Source of the DNA: an uncultured archaeon
GTDB taxonomy: Archaea > Thermoplasmatota > Penumbrarchaeia > JASLWR01
Direction of reading: 5' to 3'
NCBI GenBank assembly: GCA_964342815.1
Contig: CAYFHS010000020.1
Coordinates: forward strand, 16,580-37,793
Length of the DNA stretch: 21,214 nucleotides
Below are positions 15,556-21,214 of the stretch, piece by piece. The notes below the pieces were generated by a model. That model ran no database searches. It was not told the DNA's origin and worked only from the letters and a program-made list of their open reading frames with translations. Each line of letters starts with the position of its first letter. Position 1 is the first letter of the stretch. Position numbers and translations under genes: made by a program.

Positions 15556-15982
15556 GTAAAGACTGGAACAAAGTGACTGTCTTCTTGGTAAAGACGTGCC
15601 CGCTTTGCTCCGCAACACTCTAAAGTGTTGCTGCGACTATCGGGTGGTTGCCCGATAGTCATGTGCAATACCCATGCTATTGCTGCACTCTCGGCAAGTA
15701 TGCCTACGGGTGACATAGAAACAGTTTCTATTAACCCTAATAGAATCTCCGATTCTATGTCGGGTGCCAGAATGGGTCGGCTTTACACGTAAAGTCAGGA
15801 ACATTTGGACTTACTTCTTGGTAAAGGTGTCCCGTACCGGGCCCTATTACTTGTTCAGCCAAGCCCATAGGTCTTGGCTTCTCAAGTAAGATGTGCCAGA
15901 ATGGATCGGCTTTACACGTAAAGTCAGGAACATTTGGACTGACTTCTTGGTAAAGTTGAGCCAGAATGGATCGGCTTTACAC
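15556..15982. mobile_element. Non-coding insertion of three head-to-tail units (15556-15788, 15789-15917, 15918-15982) with shared ends and variable structured cargo; family unknown
   Basis: Removing it restores ATT ACC GGA GTT CCT (ITGVP) in frame. Each unit is GTAAAG-N26-GTAAAG + cargo + G(T/A)GCCAGAATGG(A/G)TCGG-CTTTAC-AC. No target duplication beyond a single ambiguous G. Confidence 0.75.
15764..15955 (+). repeat. Two 63-bp direct repeats (15764-15826 and 15893-15955) that are right-end/left-end junctions, with half copies at 15556-15593 and 15958-15982
   Basis: The two full copies are 61/63 identical and centred on the inverted repeat CTTTAC-AC-GTAAAG. Confidence 0.95.
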
Positions 15983-16122
15983 GAGTTCCTTTTGTTTTAA
16001 ATACCTCATTCAACGTCCGTGGCGAACCAATAGTCAACCGACCTGAAGAGGCTGTAAGGTGTTTTTTAAAAACAGGGATGGATTGAGTTGCTATTGGAAA
16101 TTTCTTGCTGAAAAAAAGTTAA

Positions 16123-17079
16123 TCATTTTTTGGTCAAAACAGAGATACTCGCAAGGAGGGCTTCCAGCTGTATTCTCTCATTTGCACCCTCCACCATTCT
16201 GAACTCGTATTCTCCGATGGTTTCCACGAGCTTGATAATTGTCCGGTCATCCAGACTGATGTTGAATATCTCTTCATGGATCCCATTGATTATATCGATA
16301 CCGGATAGCCCTTTATTGATCATCAGTCCGCTCAATTTTCCCCTGGCCTCGAGGTACTTACCACCAATGACCTTGTATAATAAGTCCTGAATATCTCCTG
16401 GCTCAGCAATGCTCAGAACCCTGAATATTGCCTCTGGTTCCACCTTTCCTTCGGATGAAGAAACCACCTGGAGCATGGTGACGCCTCTTCTGAGATCACC
16501 GTCGGCTACCTTGGTAAGTACCTTCATTCCCTCCTCGTCAATGTCAACGTTTTCCTTTTGTGCCAGTTCAAACAGATAGCTACGGACCGCTTCTTCCTTG
16601 ATCTTCGGGAACCTGAACGTGGCGCAGCGGGATTGGATGGGATCGATTATTTTGGAGGAATAGTTGCACGAGAGTATGAAACGGCAGCTTATGGTGTATT
16701 TTTCCATAGTTCTGCGTAATGCTCCTTGTGCTTCGGGGGTTAATGCGTCTGATTCATCTAGAAAAATGATCTTGAATCCAATGGTCTGATTAAAAGCTGA
16801 GGTCCTTGCAAAATCTTTGATCTTGTGGCGAACTATGCCGATCCCCCTTTCATCGGATGCGTTCATTTCTAGAAAGTTATGTTTCCAATCTTCCCCAAAT
16901 AGTTCTTGGGCAAGTGCAATTGCAGTTGTGGTCTTGCCGGTTCCAGCCGGACCGGCAAAGAGCAGATGGGGTAAGTTCTTCTCTGCAACGTATGAACTCA
17001 AACGCTCCACTATTGCATCCTGTCCTACCACGGCATCGAGAACTTTCGGGCGGTATTTTTCGGTCCATATCTCCAACAT
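16123..17079 (-). CDS. rfcS: Replication factor C small subunit (clamp loader), no intein
   Basis: WTEKYRP, Walker A GPAGTGKT, LEMNASDERGI, Walker B IIFLDESD, CNYSSKIIDPIQSRC; 318 aa. Confidence 0.97.
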   Translation of the reverse strand: MLEIWTEKYRPKVLDAVVGQDAIVERLSSYVAEKNLPHLLFAGPAGTGKTTTAIALAQELFGEDWKHNFLEMNASDERGIGIVRHKIKDFARTSAFNQTIGFKIIFLDESDALTPEAQGALRRTMEKYTISCRFILSCNYSSKIIDPIQSRCATFRFPKIKEEAVRSYLFELAQKENVDIDEEGMKVLTKVADGDLRRGVTMLQVVSSSEGKVEPEAIFRVLSIAEPGDIQDLLYKVIGGKYLEARGKLSGLMINKGLSGIDIINGIHEEIFNISLDDRTIIKLVETIGEYEFRMVEGANERIQLEALLASISVLTKK

Positions 17080-17321
17080 CTCATTCCCCCGAATCCACTA
17101 GTCCCCTCACGGGGCTGCGATTATGGGAACATTTAACAATATCCTGGTAGATTAATCTTTTGCGGATTGTGTGCTGATTCCCGTCAGAGACCACCGGATA
17201 ACTAAAATCTTTTTTCCGAAAGATTATCTTATGAAATATTTATTATATTACACTGCTATATGTCTCTATTCGATTTGGCTGATATATTTTTTTTCGGGAA
17301 AAAAGCTCAAAGGTGATCCTT

Positions 17322-19982
17322 GTGAAGTTTAAAAATAAGAAAAAGATGATGGCTGTAGGCTTGGTTGTCATTTTGGTGATCGTGGGTTTGGGTGCTCTGT
17401 TCATTTTCGATTCGGATGACGACAGCTCCTTCGAAGATGGGATTGTATCATTGGAGATGATCCTCGCTACCAAATCAACAAGGACGCCAACTAATATATC
17501 TGCCGTGGTTGCATCATATGTTTCACCCTTTTTTCCCCTGGTAGCCACTCCCGTATCCGTATATTATGGTCCCGAGAGGATCACGGTACCGCTTCTTGTC
17601 GCAGATATCTCCAATCCATCCCGTGCGGTTGTAGATTTTCTTTCTTATTACGGGATGCCTTCTATCACATCCTTTGGACCGGTGGACGGTCTAGAGGATA
17701 TTGGGATTTCCATAGAAGAGCAATTTCCAGACACAGATGCCATTATTCTCTCGAGGAAAGTAGCGAACACATATTGGTCCTCCAGCGATGGAGTTATTCT
17801 AGTACATAATTCACAAGAAGGGTACAGCGCGGCCTTGAGCGTGGTACCCATTGCCTCATATCTAAATATACCTGTGATCATTGCAGATAAGATGGATGAC
17901 GAGCTGGCCGGATTTCTTAAATCCTTCTCATTAAAATATTCTCTTGTCTGCGGACCAATTACTGGATTTGGGAAGGTACGCCATTTTAATGACCCCAATT
18001 CACCCGTCTACACCGAGCAGCTTGTCAATATTACCAGAAAGATAATCGAGGATCGTATCGGTGAGTCGGTTAAATACATCACTCTGGCTAACCCGGACGA
18101 CACCAAGCCCATGGTAGTATTGGATTCAGTTAGCTATTCCTTTGAGGGCGAGGTATCAGACTCCAGCGCTGCAGCCTACCCCGGGGCAGCTCCCTCCACA
18201 AGTGCGGGTGACCCCATTCATTACTGGGACATACCTGTTGATTACCGTTATGCCAATGTGAAAGTCGATCTTAAGATGGATGTTTCAGGTGAAAATCTGG
18301 GGGATGCGGGAGGTTCTCGTATCTATGCATATCTCGGTGTGGACGGGGATGAGAACGGTGTGATCGAAACCTCGAAAGAAGGTGATATTTTACAGCACTT
18401 TGGTGGTTCGCCAGGCTATGATAACATAGGGTATTCATCCTCGAACGATCCTTTTGCCAAAAACCGTTACGCCCATTATTACACTGAACTTCCGTTTTTT
18501 AACGAGCAGGTTTCAACTCATGCTGCCCAGCTGCTTGCTAGACTGCCAACATCCTGGGGGCAATCATATCTGGTAAAGGAACAGGGCGATTACACATCTA
18601 CCTACAGTCTGGATATAACTGTTGAGAAGCTCTCTGAGCCGGCATATCCTCTAATGAACGATTTATCTACCATGTCACCCTACCTTACAGCTTATCGGAA
18701 GGGAATATTATTTGCGAAACCGGATTTTGGAATTTATGATGACGATCTTCTCAGTCGGTTCAATTGCAGCATGCCCTGCAGTGACGAACAATTATTACCC
18801 ATCGTCAATGCCAGGGCCGCTATGGTGAAGAAAGATCTAAATTTATTATTGGCCGATCTCGCGGATCAAACAATAACAGATCCCGTTACCGATTATATTG
18901 CCTTGGCAGATCATTATCGAGGATTACCCATAGACGGCAAGATGCATCTGGCAATTATGGCGGATACGAACATGGTGCCCTGGTTCTATTACAATACACG
19001 ACAGAATGAAGCAACACAGGGATTCGGAATGCCTTCCGATATATATTATATGGATATTGATTCGGCTCTGACCATGGACGAGGCCCCGGCCGAGATAGAC
19101 GGTCGGGCAAATCCTGATTTCGAACTTGCCGCGGGTAGAGTTGACGGCTGGGACGCTCAGGATGTTTCCGCACTGGTTGCAAGAACGCTCTTTTATCAGG
19201 ATATCATTTCACGAATCAGCGGTCCCCGGAACGGGCTTGACCTGCCCGAGTGGCAAAATAGCGGTATGACATCCATCGGGACCGAGCCACCAGTGGGTGT
19301 GGCACAGACAGCAGCGAACAAGATAGCCGAGATGTGGGAGTTGGCCGGATACGATATACACGAAGACAAATTTTTCCGTCAGGACGAGTGTCGACGGCAG
19401 AGAGCCTCGCCATATTACGAATCCTCGAATATGATATTCTTCTGCGCCCATGGCTTCTATTACTGGTACGTCCTCACCGCAGTGGAGAACGACCTTCCGG
19501 GAATGCCTCCCGTTGGGGCGGGCGGGGCATTCGACGTGGCTCATGTAAAAGAAATGCGTTTCGGCCCATCGGTCCTTTTCGGTTCTTCGTGCGTGACTGG
19601 AAAAATCGACAGCATTCAACCATATAACGCTCTTTCACAAGCATTTCTGCATGCCGGCCTCGCTGCCTATGTGGGAGCCAGCCGTTTGTCCTGGGGCTCG
19701 ATCCTGCCGGTTCCCGATGCTGTTAGCGGCGAATCTCTAGGTGATCTGTTAGCTCTTCACTTTTTCGGTTATATGTGCGGTTATCGGTATGATAAGAGCG
19801 GTGGAATGACCGGCCTGTCCATTTCCAATGTTGATACGGGTACGGCATTGATGCTTGCCAAGACGGATTTCATGAGGTCGGAGGGGAATGACGGGGGGAT
19901 GTACAATTGTGACACTGTGGAAGAGTTCAATCTTCATGGAGATCCGGCTTTCAACCCCTATGAGCCAGCCCACGGTAATTAA
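17322..19982 (+). CDS. Membrane-anchored peptidase family C25 (gingipain-like) with N-terminal cell-wall-binding-2-like repeats
   Basis: GGTGA at 17312-17316 places the start at GTG 17322. N-terminal anchor MMAVGLVVILVIVGLGALFIF. C25-type motifs PSDIYYMD, ELAAGRV, FCAHG (His codon 19449), GSSCVTG (Cys codon 19590), YVGASR and FNLHGDP. Confidence 0.8.
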   Translation: MKFKNKKKMMAVGLVVILVIVGLGALFIFDSDDDSSFEDGIVSLEMILATKSTRTPTNISAVVASYVSPFFPLVATPVSVYYGPERITVPLLVADISNPSRAVVDFLSYYGMPSITSFGPVDGLEDIGISIEEQFPDTDAIILSRKVANTYWSSSDGVILVHNSQEGYSAALSVVPIASYLNIPVIIADKMDDELAGFLKSFSLKYSLVCGPITGFGKVRHFNDPNSPVYTEQLVNITRKIIEDRIGESVKYITLANPDDTKPMVVLDSVSYSFEGEVSDSSAAAYPGAAPSTSAGDPIHYWDIPVDYRYANVKVDLKMDVSGENLGDAGGSRIYAYLGVDGDENGVIETSKEGDILQHFGGSPGYDNIGYSSSNDPFAKNRYAHYYTELPFFNEQVSTHAAQLLARLPTSWGQSYLVKEQGDYTSTYSLDITVEKLSEPAYPLMNDLSTMSPYLTAYRKGILFAKPDFGIYDDDLLSRFNCSMPCSDEQLLPIVNARAAMVKKDLNLLLADLADQTITDPVTDYIALADHYRGLPIDGKMHLAIMADTNMVPWFYYNTRQNEATQGFGMPSDIYYMDIDSALTMDEAPAEIDGRANPDFELAAGRVDGWDAQDVSALVARTLFYQDIISRISGPRNGLDLPEWQNSGMTSIGTEPPVGVAQTAANKIAEMWELAGYDIHEDKFFRQDECRRQRASPYYESSNMIFFCAHGFYYWYVLTAVENDLPGMPPVGAGGAFDVAHVKEMRFGPSVLFGSSCVTGKIDSIQPYNALSQAFLHAGLAAYVGASRLSWGSILPVPDAVSGESLGDLLALHFFGYMCGYRYDKSGGMTGLSISNVDTGTALMLAKTDFMRSEGNDGGMYNCDTVEEFNLHGDPAFNPYEPAHGN

Positions 19983-20009
19983 TCGATTTCATTCGTGGTG
20001 ATTTGATAA

Positions 20010-20483
20010 ATGGAACCTTGTGATATCGATTTGGGCGGCGTGAAACAGATCAGTCATACAGCTGACATTGGGCTCATTGCACGGGCCGATAGCTTGGAGG
20101 GATTGTTCTCGCTTTGTGGAACTGGATTGGTGGAAGTGATCGTTGGGAGATCCATTGAACAGTTTATCGGGGATTTGGAACAAAACAGTGTAAAACGGAT
20201 CAAACTGGTACAAAAAATAACTGGATTTGATCTGGAAAACCTGTTGATCACTTTTTTAACCGAAATACTTTATCGACTCGAGGCGGAGAACCTACTGGTT
20301 ATATCTTCCCAGCTAAATCTCAGAGTTGAAGAAAATGAGTTAAATGTATCTTTCGAATGTATCGAGTATGATCCTGAAAGACAGGGTTATTTCAGGGAAG
20401 TGAAGGCAGTAACGTATCACCGGCTTTCTATTGTAAATTGTAATGACGGGACCTGGGCAGCAAGAGTTATACTCGACATCTAA
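20010..20483 (+). CDS. Archease (cofactor of RtcB tRNA ligase)
   Basis: HTADIG near the N-terminus, EVKAVTYH and terminal ARVILDI; GGTGA at 19997-20001. Confidence 0.93.
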   Translation: MEPCDIDLGGVKQISHTADIGLIARADSLEGLFSLCGTGLVEVIVGRSIEQFIGDLEQNSVKRIKLVQKITGFDLENLLITFLTEILYRLEAENLLVISSQLNLRVEENELNVSFECIEYDPERQGYFREVKAVTYHRLSIVNCNDGTWAARVILDI

Positions 20484-20831
20484 ACCAATAATTTTATGAC
20501 TCTCTCAGGAGGGATCGGTGATATCCATCACGGTTAAAACGATGGCGGAAACCGATTATTTCGATACAAAAAATAAAAAGGGATACTACGATAATATTAT
20601 TTCCCGGATTCCGTGGGTTCGGGCCTTTATTGACTCTATTCCGCTGATGCCGTTATATGTTCAAACCTTTGGGAATATGATACATCCAGACCTTCCATGA
20701 CAAATCTTGAAAGGCTTCGATATTTTGTCTTGTTTGGCACTTATGACAATATAATAAAAAATAGGAAGAACTCCTTTATATGGGAAGAATTGATATATCA
20801 AAGGTTATCTCATAAAATCCGGTGCCATGTT

Positions 20832-21214
20832 ATGGGCAGTAAGGTAAATAAAAAGGGGCCCGCAAAAAGGAAACTCCTTCACCCTTTAGATGAAACGAAG
20901 GAATCCATTTCTCCAGGAAAAAGCGAGTTTGCTCCTATAATTATGGAAAAAACAATTTCAATGGAAGAAGAGGATATGTCGGTGGTTGAGGGAGATCATG
21001 AAGCAGCGGAGCAGGAAGGGGAAGTCGCGGATGTAGACAGAACAGACGAAAAGATCGAGGTGGAGTCCGCAGCAGAGGCGGATGGAGAGAGTTCCGAAGA
21101 AACTACGGAAGCAGAAACCGAGGAAGGAGAGACCAGGGAAACAGATAATAAGAAAGGAGGGGTCGAGGTAGCAGAGGCTGGGGAAGCAAAGATCGATGAA
21201 TCTGGTAAAGAGAA
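20832..21214 (+). CDS. 5' part of a gene running off the right edge, with a highly acidic, probably disordered N-terminal region; frame is open from ATG 20697
   Basis: No stop in frame from 20697 to the window end. ATG 20832 follows GGTG at 20821-20824. Translation MGSKVNKKGPAKRKLLHP...MEEEDMSVVEGDHEAAEQEGE... Confidence 0.6.
   Translation, partial: MGSKVNKKGPAKRKLLHPLDETKESISPGKSEFAPIIMEKTISMEEEDMSVVEGDHEAAEQEGEVADVDRTDEKIEVESAAEADGESSEETTEAETEEGETRETDNKKGGVEVAEAGEAKIDESGKE

Larger units (their letters stand above)
15438..16122 (+). pseudogene. C-terminal remnant of a carbamoyltransferase (NodU/CmcH family), split by a 427-bp insertion and carrying an in-frame TGA
   Basis: 15438-15555 encodes MPTVVHVDGTARPQTVNRRTNERYWRLISKFEEITG. 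15985-16122 (absent from the ORF track) encodes VPFVLNTSFNVRGEPIVNRPEEAVRCFLKTGMD*VAIGNFLLKKS. HVDGTAR.QTV and LNTSFN..GEPIV are hallmark motifs of this family. The N-terminal bulk of the gene is absent. Confidence 0.9.

Noticed and set aside
15550-15600. IS608-like signals (TTAC target, AAAG and GAAT guide tetramers)
   Set aside because: No matching subterminal hairpin pair or TCAA right cleavage site, and the junction lies 2 nt after TTAC. Kept only as a remote possibility.
15635-15660. Group I intron P7-like GACTA/TAGTC
   Set aside because: The two strands close a simple hairpin with no room for P3/P8, and the unit-based boundaries do not give a 5' exon ending in U together with a terminal G.
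15534-15716. 60-aa minus-strand ORF, and the 21 codons after ITG in ORF 15438-15623
   Set aside because: Both run through the structured insertion and resemble no protein; treated as incidental.
15764-15982. CRISPR array interpretation of the 63-bp repeats
   Set aside because: Repeats are too long, spacers are 170, 66 and 2 bp and strongly structured, the array starts and ends with half repeats, and no cas gene is present.
15556-15982. Group II intron (minus-strand units start GTGTA and end CTTTAC, with a terminal hairpin)
   Set aside because: No domain V with catalytic triad next to the terminal hairpin. The A at -7 is paired in unit 3 and is T in unit 1. Units are far too short.
16084-16086. 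TGA as selenocysteine or recoding in the carbamoyltransferase remnant
   Set aside because: The gene is already truncated and interrupted, and the position is not a known catalytic Cys; a nonsense mutation is simpler.
16123-17079. Intein in RFC small subunit
   Set aside because: Normal length, and the Walker A region is uninterrupted.
553-20251. Numerous short antisense or alternate-frame ORFs in the track (e.g. 553-864, 4279-4584, 7820-8107, 13975-14340, 17648-17998)
   Set aside because: They lie within or overlap well-supported genes and have no recognisable motifs; treated as shadow ORFs.
20634-20700. Methyltransferase-like peptide YSADAVICSNLWEY upstream of ATG 20697
   Set aside because: Single short motif bounded by stops, with no motif I; insufficient support.

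Overview
Archaeal chromosomal segment, probably from a Thermoplasmatota-like lineage (inference from GGTGA/GAGGT ribosome-binding sites, TATA/BRE promoters, a gingipain-family C25 peptidase and PPC/PKD surface proteins). Housekeeping genes (dph2, archaeal dephospho-CoA kinase, RFC small subunit, archease) are interleaved with large membrane-anchored surface proteins: two tandem paralogous PPC + Ig-like proteins, a 7-repeat beta-propeller + 5 PKD protein, a Gly-rich solenoid protein with a cytoplasmic Pro/Thr repeat and Zn ribbon, and a C25 peptidase. The most unusual feature is non-coding. A 427-bp insertion (15556-15982) splits a carbamoyltransferase remnant exactly between ITG and VPFVLNTSFN, with no target-site duplication. 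It consists of three head-to-tail units that share a 38-bp left end (GTAAAG-N26-GTAAAG) and a 25-bp right end (GTGCCAGAATGGATCGG-CTTTAC-AC) and enclose cargos of 170, 66 and 2 bp; the two long cargos are hairpin-rich. No mobilising enzyme is encoded in the window. All family calls come from motif recognition; no database search or folding computation was run.
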